A stretch of DNA of 64,000 bases, taken from Octopus vulgaris. Taxonomy: Eukaryota. This document shows positions 27,218 to 39,789 of the stretch, piece after piece. The notes under the pieces are model-generated. The model was not told the origin of the DNA. It saw nothing but the letters and a program-made list of their open reading frames with translations, and searched no databases. The stretch covers positions 58,218,001 to 58,282,000 of the forward strand of contig OX597814.1 of assembly GCA_951406725.2 (NCBI GenBank), in the 5' to 3' direction. A program made the translations under genes and the position numbers. Numbering within the stretch: the stretch's first letter is position 1; each line of letters begins with the position of its first letter.

Positions 27218-27616
27218 GGCTCTCTCTCTCTTTATATATATAGACACACACATACACACACATATGTATACTTAAATACCATCGCTCTCATATTTACTTA
27301 TAAATAATTTCACCTATTTCGTTTCTTTAAATGATGTTGGAGCACTTCAAATGAATTCTCACTCATGGTAGGGGAAAATTTTAGTAGTCGTCCATGGCAG
27401 ATTTGACTGAAGTGTATCAGGCACAATTCGAAGCTAAATTCGAAATCATGACATCTAATTAACCTGCATTTCTCACGCAGACTTGGCGGAGATAGGACTG
27501 TATTGTTGTTCATTGAATTGTTTTGTATCATGCCTGCATTAATTTTGTGACTCTTCCATGGCATAGAATATTTTGACTTCCATTTCTAGTGGTGCAGGTG
27601 CTCATATAATTCTCTT

Positions 27617-27806
27617 GTATGTATGTATGTATGTATGTATGTATGTATGTATGTATGTATGTATGTACGTATGTACGTATGTATGTATGTATGTATGTAT
27701 GTATGTATGTATGTATGTATGTATGTATGTATGTATGTATGTATGAATGTATGTATGTATGTATGTATGTATGTATGTATGTATGTACGTACGTATGTAT
27801 GTATGT
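27617..27806. repeat. (GTAT)n tetranucleotide microsatellite
   Basis: Direct reading. Confidence 0.95.
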
Positions 27807-27874
27807 ATATATATATATATATGTACGTATATATATATTATATATGTAAATATATCTGTATATATAGAAACAGC

Positions 27875-27921
<47 letters not shown>

Positions 27922-28350
27922 GTGTACAAAGAGAGAGAGAGATACAAATACGAAGAGAGAGGGGGAGGGGCGAGAGGTGGGACAGAGATAATGTTTGCGT
28001 GTTTCTGTGTCAGAGTCTGACTGAGAGTAAACTAGACGTACATACTGATATAATTCATACGTCACATTCCAGTGGACATTATATTTATTTCTCTAGTGTC
28101 TACATGAAAATGATTCTTTGGCACGGGGGAAACACTAATTTGTCACGTTGAACGCCATCGTTAATGGTACATAGGTGAATAGTTTGCTAATTTGGAGAAG
28201 TGCCAATCCTTATTAAGGAAATTAAGAAACAAAATAACCCTCAAATAATGAATAAGCAAAAATACATTAAACAGAAAAATTATATATAAATAAATAACCC
28301 ATTCTCTGCAAACTAAAAGTTACGTGTGTCGATGTGTATATGCATCGATG

Positions 28351-28392
<42 letters not shown>

Positions 28393-28394
28393 TT

Positions 28395-28930
28395 CAATAA
28401 AATAAAGCAGTAATCATGATCTATGGACGCGGATGTGTCTCTTGAGACGTGCTGGTGTTTTGTAAACATTTTGCGAAGTGGAACAAGTTGTGGACTCAGT
28501 TTGATGGAGTGCGTCTGAATGAATCATTTACTGCGTGTTTTGTTGAGAGGACTGGAAGGCCTGTTTTGTTCCGTTCCTCTAAATCGCAATGATATGTAAG
28601 GTTTTCATTTAGAGGAGCAGCGTTTTGTCAACGTGCCTTCATGCGTGCACGTAGTTGGTACAGATGATGGAGTCGACTTTCCAATTCTTTGAACTGAGAT
28701 GGTGTAGAACTGGAACCAGGTTTTGCGTGCCTATATATTTTTTCGATGATGAAAAGGAATGCTGCATCGCTTCAGTTTTCTTTTATGTTGCTTTTGAAGC
28801 GGAAGTGTGTCCTTCCAACTAAACATCTGTTGGAAATTGGCCAAAGAGACGTTGATTTCCTCATCGATACAGTATTTTAGAATATTTTAGTATATCTTGC
28901 CCAGCACGAAATTATAAAAGCAAAAGCGGG
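28395..28930 (-). mobile_element. Decayed 3' end of an RTE-type LINE
   Basis: GRTHFRFKSNIKEN/LKRCSIP resembles the RTE GRPxxRxKD motif; terminal TCSTSQNVYKTPARLKRHIRVH is a decayed C2H2 finger. Confidence 0.55.
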
Positions 28931-29455
28931 GCACGTCGAGTTCGAATTCTGCACGAAATAGGTGCTTGTAATAACAAAAAAAATCACTATCAATGCCATT
29001 GTACGATATGTATGTGAGCATGTCCATACATATACACTGAATTACTTAATTTGCCATATATATAAGTAAAAATAATAGAAAATTACGGATCAATACGCGG
29101 TACATGTATGTTTTGATAGAAAAACACTATCATTGATTACACGTCAATATCCTCAGACAAACCACGTGTGTGTGTGTGTGTTTCTGTATGTGTGTGTTTG
29201 TGTGCGTGTGTATGCATATAAACTGGCTTATTTAATTTGCTACCGGAATTATACTGATTTTACTATATTTCTTTAGCATACAATGGAACTGATACTGACT
29301 TCTTTTTTTTATTATAATCGCATATTTCATGCGAAAATCGTTTTTGCTTCCTGTCACTTCAGGATCCGTAAAATATTACTACAATATATATATATATATC
29401 ACGTGATCCCGTGACCGACCAGGCTATCAGATGTTGCTACACATCGCTGGTCACA

Positions 29456-29608
29456 ATTAAGATCCACAGGTGCACATATGTAAGTCCGAGTTCAAGTTTA
29501 TAATTTTCCTTGTGACATAAATACACTATTACTTTCAGTGTATTTATGTCACGAGGAAAATTATAAACTTGAACTCGGACCTACATATGTGCACCTGTGG
29601 ATCTTAAT
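29456..29608. repeat. Near-perfect foldback hairpin (72-bp arms, 9-nt loop)
   Basis: 29456-29527 is the reverse complement of 29537-29608, with two mismatches by eye. Confidence 0.95.
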
Positions 29609-30121
29609 GTAGTGTAAACAGAATGCTGGTACTTCATATTTCGTATGTATATGCGGATGTCTAACACTTTGCATGGTACTGTAGTACTATTGTGACTATA
29701 TTGCTAATAACGGAATCTATGTATTGTTTTTCTAGTATTAGCGTTATTAATAATAATATGAATGATGATATTGGTAGCATTAGTGGTAATGACAATGATA
29801 ATGATGCTAACATTAAGGACATTTTGGAAATTAATAAGAATTAATATACTGTACTCTTGACTCTGTATATCTGCATTTAGGTATTAATATGTGTATGTTT
29901 TTCTACATTGTGATTATCACAATATTAAGTTGAAAAACTGTAACATTGAATGTGGAACATATGTATGTTTATTAATTTATATTATTTATATCATTATGTA
30001 TATGTATATTTATATGTATAGGAGTATGAGTATATACACTCATATATATATGTATATGTTTTATTATGGGTATGTACCCACACCTATATAAGTATGTATG
30101 TAATCTGATTTGTATCACGTA

Positions 30122-30248
30122 ATCTCCGAAGAGGCCTTAGGATATTTTTGTAAATGTCTCATTTATAACTACATATTGACCTACCATAAATGGCTAATAT
30201 AAGTAAAATGAGACATACTTATCTACATGGCCGCAACAGCTGTAAGAT
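30122..30248 (+). ncRNA. Degenerate hammerhead with long stem II insert
   Basis: ATCT-CCGAAGA-GGCC-(insert with tgtctcattt/aaatgagaca)-GGCC-GCAA-CAGCTG-TA-AGAT. Two core substitutions; palindromic stem III; AATAAA downstream near 30405. Confidence 0.65.
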
Positions 30249-31317
30249 GTAGTCTATATTAATATTTACGTGTACTTATATTTATTTTCTCTTATACATA
30301 TTCTACTTATTGTATAACATTACTCTTTTATGTACACTCCTTTATGTACACTGTTTTGCCCTACATTATTATGTTTAACCTTATAGTTTCTTATGTGGTG
30401 GTTTAATAAAGTATGTGATTGAGTATTATCTGGTAATTGATATTTGATTTCGATGTATTTTTCCATTTTCTTATTTTGTATATATAGATATACAATATAT
30501 ATATATATATAAGACTATTTTGCAATTTAGTGCTGATTAAAAACAAATTAAACTATTACACACACTCGCGCGCACACACACACACACACATATCTCACCC
30601 CTGTGCACCCCCTTCACCGATTTCTCTCTAGTTCTGTTGCAGTAATGAGAAACTTAATAATTATTGATAAATTTAATTACGTAATAAAACACTGTGAAAG
30701 TAAGTAATGAAAATAGAACAGAAAATCCAGAGGAGAAAATTGAAAGTTGCTGAGGAGTGCTAATGAATCATTAATTGCATGATGAGTTGAAATTCTGTTG
30801 AAAACATGTTTACAAGGACATGTTTTAAATAGATATTTTCTGTTTTCTGTTCATCTCTGCTGCATTAATTCTACTGTTTTTTTCCTTGAGCCTTTTTAGC
30901 TCTCCTTCACTCTCTCTATATGTAGGATTATGTTTATTCTTTCGAGGGATGTTCGAGTCTAATTTGGCGAGTTATACTCACCTATTTTCAGGAGTCATTT
31001 GGCATTGGCTTTAGATAACCGTTTAACGGTTATGCCCTGAACTCAGCCGTTCCTTAAGCAACCACCTGTGGAACTTATTCTGGTTAGCATTGATAAAGTG
31101 CAACCGTTATTGAAAATATGCTACCGTTTTATATTCCACTTACTTCCAGGCATCATATATTTAGTTTTAAGTGCCTATCAGTCTTTTTCTAAACTTACAG
31201 AGTCTGACTTGATCGAAATGTTGTTCTTATTTGTAGCAGATGAAGAGATGGACAAAAGCTTACTTGCTGGATCGTAAGGTAACGATATCACCTAAGGCCC
31301 CTGCTTTGCGAATAGAT

Positions 31318-31550
31318 GGCGGCGAGCTGGGAGAAAAGTTAGCACGCCGGGCGAAATGCGTAGCCGTGTTTCGTCTGCCGTTACGTTCTGAATTCAAATT
31401 CAGCCGAGGTCGACTTTACCATTCATCCTTTCGGGGTCGATAAATTAAGTACAAGTTACGCACTGGGATCGATGTAATCGACTTAATCCGTTTCTATGTC
31501 CTTGTTTGTCCCCTCTGTGTTTAGCCCCTTGTGGGTAGTAAAGAAATAGA
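31318..31550 (+). mobile_element. Abundant tRNA-derived SINE (Nin/Deu-like domain), full length
   Basis: ggcggcgagctgg...gaattcaaattc...catcctttcggggtcgataaattaagtac...ccccttgtgggtagtaaagaaatag. More than a dozen related copies in the window. Confidence 0.9.
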
Positions 31551-31600
31551 TTTGTTTTCCACGAATAGTGTCAAGTACATAGACTCACACACATACTTAA

Positions 31601-31631
<31 letters not shown>

Positions 31632-31706
31632 GAGGGAATATTATTCCAAACTTACAGGCAAAAGTTCAATTTAGAATACTAAATCAAATTTCACAAATAT
31701 AATATA

Positions 31707-31752
<46 letters not shown>

Positions 31753-32181
31753 TGTGTGTGTTGTTCAAACGATGAATAACTTTGCGTAAAGCATTGGTTC
31801 GTTATGTTCTCTTACTTTATTATCATCTTATAATCATCTCATAATAATGACTTTTATGACTCGTATTACTACTTCAGTCAATCTAAAAGTATATATTTGC
31901 CGTTACCTGTCATAAATACCCTTTTTCTATTTGCAATATGCATTTACGTTATTTATTTCACGGTCCTCCAGTCCACTCGGGTGGCAAAAATGAGTAGTGC
32001 CTGTATTGCAAGCTGTATGTCAGCCTGAATCTCCTTGAGAAATATGTAAAAAGGGGTAAGCATGTCCGTAGAGTGGTCAGCTGCTTGCGCGTTAATCTCA
32101 CGATCAAGCTCTTCTCTTTGCGTATCACATGGGACCGTCATCGTCGTAACAGACGGAGTGCTCCTTATATATATAAAGGCG

Positions 32182-32216
<35 letters not shown>

Positions 32217-32222
32217 TATATA

Positions 32223-32266
<44 letters not shown>

Positions 32267-32295
32267 ATATATAATTTATATATATATATATATAT

Positions 32296-32346
<51 letters not shown>

Positions 32347-32639
32347 ATGTATTTATATACATCCATAAATGTGTGTGCGTGCGTGTGCACGTGTGTCTGT
32401 GTGTACACTCCTACACTACCCTTACAGTATAGCAAGATTTGTTGCCATTTCACCTCATAATTGTATATACCGTTTCCCGACGTTGACATCATATTCAGAG
32501 TAGTCTTAAAAAATGGACGGACAAAACCAGAGACAAAAAGTAGAAAGCCGAAACCTAATGAACAGAAAATGTATTCGTGCTCTGCAGAAAAAAATTTCGG
32601 TATGTTTCCATTAAAATTTATGATTTAAGAGATACGTCG

Positions 32640-32910
32640 GAATTGATATTTGATTATGTAAATTTTCATCAACTGCAACAACCTATCGTTACAAACACGT
32701 TGAAAGGCTCTTTTAAAGTCTATGAAGCTGTGATAGACGTCGGATCGGTTTTGCAGATGATTGTGAAATACCTTAAATATCTGCTCCACTATAGAACTTG
32801 GGGCCTAAATCCTGCCTGCTCTTCTGTAAGGGTTTCTACTTTCGACTTAAATCTTGGCAGTACTTTGATGGGATGGCTAATTAGACTGATTGTTCTATAA
32901 TTCTGGCATA
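32640..32910 (-). mobile_element. RTE/BovB-type RT fragment
   Basis: CQNYRTISLISHPIKVL...EEQAGFRP, followed by LYHSFIDFKRAF. Confidence 0.75.
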
Positions 32911-33600
32911 TATATATATATATATATATGCCTGTTTTGGAATGGGTATCATCAGTGAAAGAGAAAATGAGGGTATTTTGTAAAGATTCCCGATTCAAGA
33001 CAAACCCTAAATGATAACAATCCCTACGAAATAAAATAGTCAACGCCTAAGTGATTATATTATACTACGTGTGTTTGGAAAGCATTATTCTATCCGGTAT
33101 GTGCAATGATCTCCTTGTTCTTCTAGGTTCTGATACATTATTTATAATATTAAATTTTAAAATATCATTTTCCTGCACGCACGCACACACACACGGGCAC
33201 ACATACACACACATTCATATGCAATAATATTCACGCGCTTGGGACAAAACTGACAAGAGGTAAGCAGAGATAAAAGGAAATCAGAAATTGGATGTTTTTA
33301 TCTGCAGTTTATGTTGAATTGCTTTCCCTCCAATTAAATCTGTAAATGATTTTCATTTTGTTTACATTTAATTAAATAATCATAAACGTCAAAACATACG
33401 CTCAATGTGTGACAGAGAAGCATAATAAAATTTCCACAGATTTGGTAGATAGAACTTAATACATTATTTTGATCTACTATTGAATACTATTCGCCTACAC
33501 TTAAAATGACCAGCAACTATAAAATGTGATATTGGTATAGAAATATGTCTTTCTACAAAAACTTCAAATCTTGTAGCCAAGACTAAAATCTATTTCTTAA

Positions 33601-33841
33601 TCTATTTCTTTATTACCCACAAGGGGCTAAACATAGAGGCCAGACTTACATAGAGGACAAACGAGGCCAGACTTACGCATTATTTCGATTACATCGACCG
33701 CAGTGCGTAACTGGTACTTATTTAATGGACCCCGAAAGGATGAAAGGCAAAGTCGACCTCGGCGGAATTTGAACTCAGAACGTAGCGGCAGACGATATAC
33801 TGCTACGCATATCGTCCGGCGTGCTAACGATTCAGTCAGCT
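33601..33841 (-). mobile_element. tRNA/Nin-type SINE copy
   Basis: Reverse complement of the 31318-31550 family. Confidence 0.9.
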
Positions 33842-34214
33842 TTTAACCATATTTGAAAGATACCAAAACTATCTTAACGAATTTCTCTCGGTTCAATGAG
33901 AGTTCAATAAGGCAGTGAATGATGATCAGGTCCTTGGGATTTAAGTTGTTTGGTCATATTTTAGAATACCCCTTACTGAACAGTAAATAACAATAAATGA
34001 ATCATTTGATAAATCATGCTGAGGAAAAGAGAACGTTGCGTGTTGGGAATGCAAGTATTAAAAGACATTCAGTAATTGAATGTTTTGAATGTGTGAGCGT
34101 GAACGCTTGTGTGTACGCTTGTATGTGTGTGTGCTTACGTACATATATACATACATACATACATACATACATATATGTATATTGTTTAAACCTCGCCAAG
34201 ATAAATATTTAAAC

Positions 34215-34278
34215 CACCTGATGAATGACTGTGACTTGAAAATTTAAAGAAATTAACATCCATGAAACGATCGTAGTG
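34215..34278 (+). ncRNA. Hammerhead motif with canonical core
   Basis: CAC-CTGATGA-ATG...CAT-GAAA-CGATCG-TA-GTG; palindromic stem III ACGATCGT; GUA triplet; AT-rich tail with AATAAA, then (TA)n. Confidence 0.8.
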
Positions 34279-34428
34279 ATATATTAATTATATTTTTAAT
34301 AATTTTGTTATATATTTAAATAATATAAATTAAATAATCTTATGTATTGGCTTAAGTTTTTCATTGTATGATTTGCTTAATAGTGGTTTTGTCTCTAATT
34401 TAATATAATATATATATGTATATATATA

Positions 34429-34466
<38 letters not shown>

Positions 34467-34595
34467 TACATACATGCCAATCTACGACACACAGGCGCAC
34501 ACAATGAACGCACATACACTCGAACGCAAAGTCCACCATCGTTCCTCCATATACATTATACCCATGGTATAAACACATGTACGCAATAGTGAATA

Positions 34596-34739
34596 TACAT
34601 TATATATATTTGACGGATATTTGTCCTCATCTTCAAACTGTAATACAACATTTCGGCTGATATGCCCTCCAGCCTTCATCAGGTGTCTTGGGGAAATTTC
34701 GAACCTGGGTTCTCATTCCTAAGGTATTTTTCGATGTAG

Positions 34740-34836
<97 letters not shown>

Positions 34837-35060
34837 CATCATCATCATTATTATTATTATTCAGGTCACTGCCTGGAATCGAACTCGGAATCTTGGTGTT
34901 AGTAGCCGGCGCTCTTAACCACTACGCCATATGCCCAATGAAGGCTGGAGGGTATATCAGACGAAACGTTGTGTCAACAAGAAGATGAGGACAGATATCC
35001 GTCAAATATATTTAATGTAAATAATGTACATAATTCCTCATCTCTTAAATATAGAACTGT
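34596..35060 (-). mobile_element. tRNA-headed SINE-like element with internal (TAA)n, hammerhead, and inverted 3'-end copy at its 5' side
   Basis: Head 34936-34862 has A box TGGCGTAGTGG and B box GAGTTCGATTCC; (TAA)n 34861-34742; HHR 34686-34643; tail to about 34596; 34938-35020 is an inverted copy of the HHR and tail. Confidence 0.85.
34643..34686 (-). ncRNA. Minimal hammerhead motif
   Basis: ACAC-CTGATGA-a-GGCTG-gagggcatat-CAGCC-GAAA-TGTT-GTAT. The inverted arm reads GAAA-CGTT-GTGT, which gives stem I ACAC/GTGT and palindromic AACGTT. Confidence 0.8.
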
Positions 35061-36509
35061 ATGAATATAATAAATCTCTGAATGAGGTATAAACAGTAGC
35101 TGCACGACAATGTAAACTATGTTTGCCACTTAAATGAGGCTAACCACTAATGGTCAATACTACTGTAGCTTGTAGCTCCAGGAGAACATCTTCTCCAGCT
35201 GGCTAGTGACACACTTTCTGTGCCCTATCACTATTTGCAAAGGGAAGCCATCCTTCCCATTGTCGACGTGACGTGATACGCACGGACCCGGATATCGCCC
35301 AAACAACATACTCAACACAAAAATTGCTGTAATTTCTGCATGCCATACGACTTGACAATTGGTATTGATCTCTTTTCTGTAAACTGTTGTTTCGGAGAAA
35401 GACCCAACAGAATAAGTGCAAAGCTAGAAGAAAAAGTGTTTCGGTCGATTTGTTCGACTAGGTCCTTCAAGAGAGTGCACGAACACGACTGCAGTCCAAT
35501 AGCTATAACAAACAAAAGATAATACTGTTAAGTGTTTGTGCTTGTGTTCTTGTGTGTGTATGTACATATGTATATAAGTGTGTTTGTATGTATATATGTA
35601 CATATTTAACTATCTATCAACCAATCTATCTATCTATCTATCTGTATTCATATGCATATGTGTGTGTATGTCTGTATACATGCAAATACTTTCACGTACA
35701 TTGACACACATACACATAGAGAAACACACACACACAGACTCAGATGCAGGCGCGCGGTACTTCGTATGATGTCATGAGTGAATCTTTATAATTTTAATAA
35801 TTTTATGGGTGTGAACAATGCAATGAAACATATGTACCTTTTATAATTCCCTTACAATACGACGAATTTACTCAGCACAAACATATGGCTGAAACAATTG
35901 TCCCACGTTTATCTTATGTTCATGCACATATAATCTCTTTAATGCCTACATTAATTCTAACGACAAAGTATAAAATATATTCGCGCTATAGGCCTGTGAA
36001 AATGGACAGTTTGTTCTCTTTATTGTGATACTAGACTATGCTTGGTGGCAATTTGTATGTTTTTATAAGCAATAATGAGAAGAGCAAAGATTAATTTCCC
36101 ATCGATTCTGCAATAAACTCTTTACTGACAATTTCACTAATATCTCAATTCATCAGGGCTACAAATATCGTGACTGCCGCCAAATGATGATGATTATCAT
36201 CATGACCACTACCACAACCACCATCACCTCAACCAGCGCAGTACACCAGTTCTCACTACCTTCAACTTTCCATCATTACATTTCACAAACATTAGCTTTA
36301 TAAATATTACAGAGTGTTACTATTGCCACAACCATATTGCTTGAAGTATACAAGCCATATCACCACTTTACCCAACGGTTACTAATACCGTCATCATCTT
36401 CATCGTCATCATAACCAGCAGCAGTAGCACCACCACCACTACCACCACCAGACCCAGTACCACTATCATCATCATCATCATCATCATCGTATCTTCTATA
36501 ATATCGTTT

Positions 36510-37285
36510 TAAAACTTTGGAACGGAATCAGTAATTTTGAGGAAGTGATAAGTCGATAACGTCAACTCCAGAGCTCACTTGGTACCTATTGTCTAGACTC
36601 GAAAACTACAAAGACAAAGTCCACATAGATGTAAGTTTGAACTCAGAACTTAAAGACGGACGAAACGACGCTAAGCATTTTCCTCGGCGTGCTAACGGTT
36701 CTGTCAGTTCGTCGTCTTCATATCTGCTATAATACTAAAGCCATCAACGATGGTCATTATGGAAATGATCGAAGTTGTCTCCATTAATATCATCGCTTTT
36801 ACACCAACAACTGCTAAAAGTTTATTCATGATAAAAATTGTGGGATGGCAGAAGCGTTATTGCATCGGAGAAAATGACAAGTGGTATTTCCTCCATGCCT
36901 ACGATCTCAGTTCAAATGGAGCAAGCTGAGTTTTACCGTTATTCCTTTCGAGGTGTGATAAATTAATGGTGATTTTAGCACTGATGTTGATGTAATCGAC
37001 TAACCATTTTCCCGAAACTTTCAGGCCTTGTGCCTGTAATAGAAAAGTATAATCTCTATCGTCATTAAAGCAATGAGCTGGCAGAATCAAAATCGCGCAG
37101 CACAAGGTGTTTATCGACATTTATTTCGGCCCTTTACGTTCTTTGTTCAAATGCTGCCGAGTACGACTTTGCCTTTCATCGTTTTGCGGTCAATGAAATA
37201 AGTATTATTAGAGCAGTTAAGTGATGTAATCGGCTTAACCCTTCTCACCAAATTTCTGGCCTTGTTCCGAAATTTGAAGCAATTT
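36510..37285. mobile_element. Cluster of three diverged tRNA/Nin-type SINEs (-, +, +)
   Basis: Family motifs tttgaactcagaac (36637), cagttcaaat (36908) and tttgcctttcatc (37168). Confidence 0.7.
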
Positions 37286-38200
37286 TGATCGTTATTACTA
37301 ACTTTAACGTATACATGGTTACATGATTTGTTGGAAATATCAATTCATTTTTCTCATATTACAGAGAAAAACCACTGTAAACAAAATGCCAGACCCACTT
37401 TGACCCTAGATCTGCTTAATTTTGACTGAGCTGGGACTGATCAAAACATAATTCCTCAATCACGAACCAACATGAAATTCTTTATATAGTTACACAACCT
37501 GCTAAGCACAACAGCCAAATCAAGACGAATTTAAGGTTAGATACTTCTCGTGGGGTTAAAACAGGTGATAGTCGCATCTGGAACATCCCTGCTTAGTGGT
37601 CATTCAATCAATATTGGCTCTTCCTAAATAACAACAGCTAAGTCCATCTTACAGTTGTAAGTATATTAATATCAAGATCGATATTACTCTACCTCGTATT
37701 TACACCTCATCCACTCAAGGTTGATAAAACAAGCACCAATCATGTGGTGGATTCGAAATAATGGACATCCTTTGAATGGGGCGTCACTATGACTACGGAT
37801 TTAAATCTCTATAACCCATTAAAAATTATACGATAATGAGAGATTATGATTTCCTCTTGATAATCGTTTGCATGTTTCTAATATTACTAACTACTTAATG
37901 CATCAGACAAGATTAGCTTAGATTGACAATTTAATCCAGATGAGTCGAGAAAAAGATTACTTTGTAAATAGTGACTCTTTTCATTTCAGCAAATTATTTT
38001 TCATTCTTCTAGTATTAGAGCATGTCATATTGCTGGCTTAAGTGTACTGGAGTAGGGAACCGCCATACACAAAGAAAGACGTAGTCACATGCAAGTGCAA
38101 TTCTTCACTCGATAGGATATTTTTAAACGTGCACATAAATTATGTACATCTGTATTTATGGATACATTTATATACGCCCTTTTACATATATATCTTCTTT

Positions 38201-38233
<33 letters not shown>

Positions 38234-38240
38234 GTCTCTC

Positions 38241-38342
<102 letters not shown>

Positions 38343-38971
38343 TATAAGTTCAGCAAACAATTTAGATTCAAATGAATATGGTACTTAATTTAGATGCACC
38401 AGAATATTTTTATATTTTTTCTCACCACATAAAAATAGATAGCTTTCTGTTCTAGTGATAACCTTGATTTCCCTTAATGTATTTTCTCTGCAACTAACTT
38501 AAACCCCTTTTACAGCTTTCTTATATATCCCCTTACCTAAATTCCTACTAAAAATTCTGGTGGCTTTCAGTTGAAAGTAAGGTCTGGTCAGTTTGATAGC
38601 TGACGTCCTACTTCACAGTGTCCTAAGAATGTAGTGTTTCTTCTACACTGACCTAAATATTCTGTCACCACATAAATAGATTGACCCTTTGTTCTAGTGA
38701 CAATCTGTTTGTCTTTTACATCTCCTGAATTTTTCCCCTTCTTTTCTTCAACTAACTTGATGTTTTAACCTGCCCTTACCCCCATTCCAATAACTAAGGA
38801 AATTTTCTTATAACAGTTAGTTGTGAACTTAGTTTTGGTCTGCTAGGCATCCTAACTACACTACCTCATGTTCCTGAGATTCATATTTACATCTTTATCT
38901 GTTTTTTTACCTTCCCTAAGATGTTACTAATTGATCTGAGAACTTTATATTATTGGAAAACCTGTATAAAA

Positions 38972-39057
38972 TTAGCTGAAGATTACTCGACATATTAAAT
39001 CTGGTGTAATATTTACAGCTTTTAATAAAATGTTGTAGTATGAAATAATTGTACTAA
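38972..39057 (+). ncRNA. Hammerhead motif with extended stem II at the 3' end of a ~700-bp repeat
   Basis: TTAG-CTGAAGA-t-TACT..cgacat-attaaa...tttaat..atgttg..AGTA-t-GAAA-TAATTG-TA-CTAA. Upstream region has an internal direct repeat at about 38422-38463 / 38666-38705; followed by (TA)n. Confidence 0.75.
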
Positions 39058-39087
39058 ATTACCGGATTCATTCTTGTTGCTTATTTT

Positions 39088-39160
<73 letters not shown>

Positions 39161-39165
<5 letters not shown>

Positions 39166-39388
39166 CGAGCTGGCAGAAACGTTAGCGCGCCGGGTGAAGT
39201 GCTTAGCGGTATTTCGTCTGCCGCTACGTTCTGAGTTCAAATTCCGCCGAGGTCGACTTTGCCTTTCATCCTTTCGGGGGTCGATAAATAAAGTACCAGT
39301 TACGCACTGGGGTCGATGTAATCGACTTAATACCTATGTCTGTCCTTGTTTGTCCCCTCTGTGTTTAGCCCCTTGTGGGTAGTAAAGA

Positions 39389-39391
<3 letters not shown>
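39161..39391 (+). mobile_element. tRNA/Nin-type SINE, young full-length copy
   Basis: Close match to 31318-31550; flanked by (GA)n and (TA)n. Confidence 0.9.
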
Positions 39392-39420
<29 letters not shown>

Positions 39421-39652
39421 TATACACACATGTATTTATATATAAACATGCCAATATATATATCTATATCTATATTTACATATATATATATATATATATA
39501 TATATCTCTCTCTCTCTATTTCTCTACCTATATCTATTTATCAATCCACCATAAGTCGTTTTGGGGATTAGTCTGTCAGCTCCCTTCTCAGTAACTTTAT
39601 ATATATATAGATGCACACACATATGTATACGCATTTGTGTGTGCATGTATCA

Positions 39653-39704
<52 letters not shown>

Positions 39705-39789
39705 ATCAACTGACAGGATACATGTAGGTTTTGGGAAAACATTCGTATATAGCATTTATGTCTACCATCTATTTTGTGTAAGCGCTTTC

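Noticed and set aside
29315-29368. CTGAAGT...GAAATATG on the minus strand
   Set aside because: Core mismatch, poor stem II and no clear NUH triplet.
32930-32962. CTGATGA-TACCC half hammerhead on the minus strand
   Set aside because: Runs into (TA)n before any GAAA; at best a truncated remnant.
34862-34936. tRNA gene
   Set aside because: A and B boxes are present but the acceptor and anticodon stems do not pair properly; it is a SINE head.
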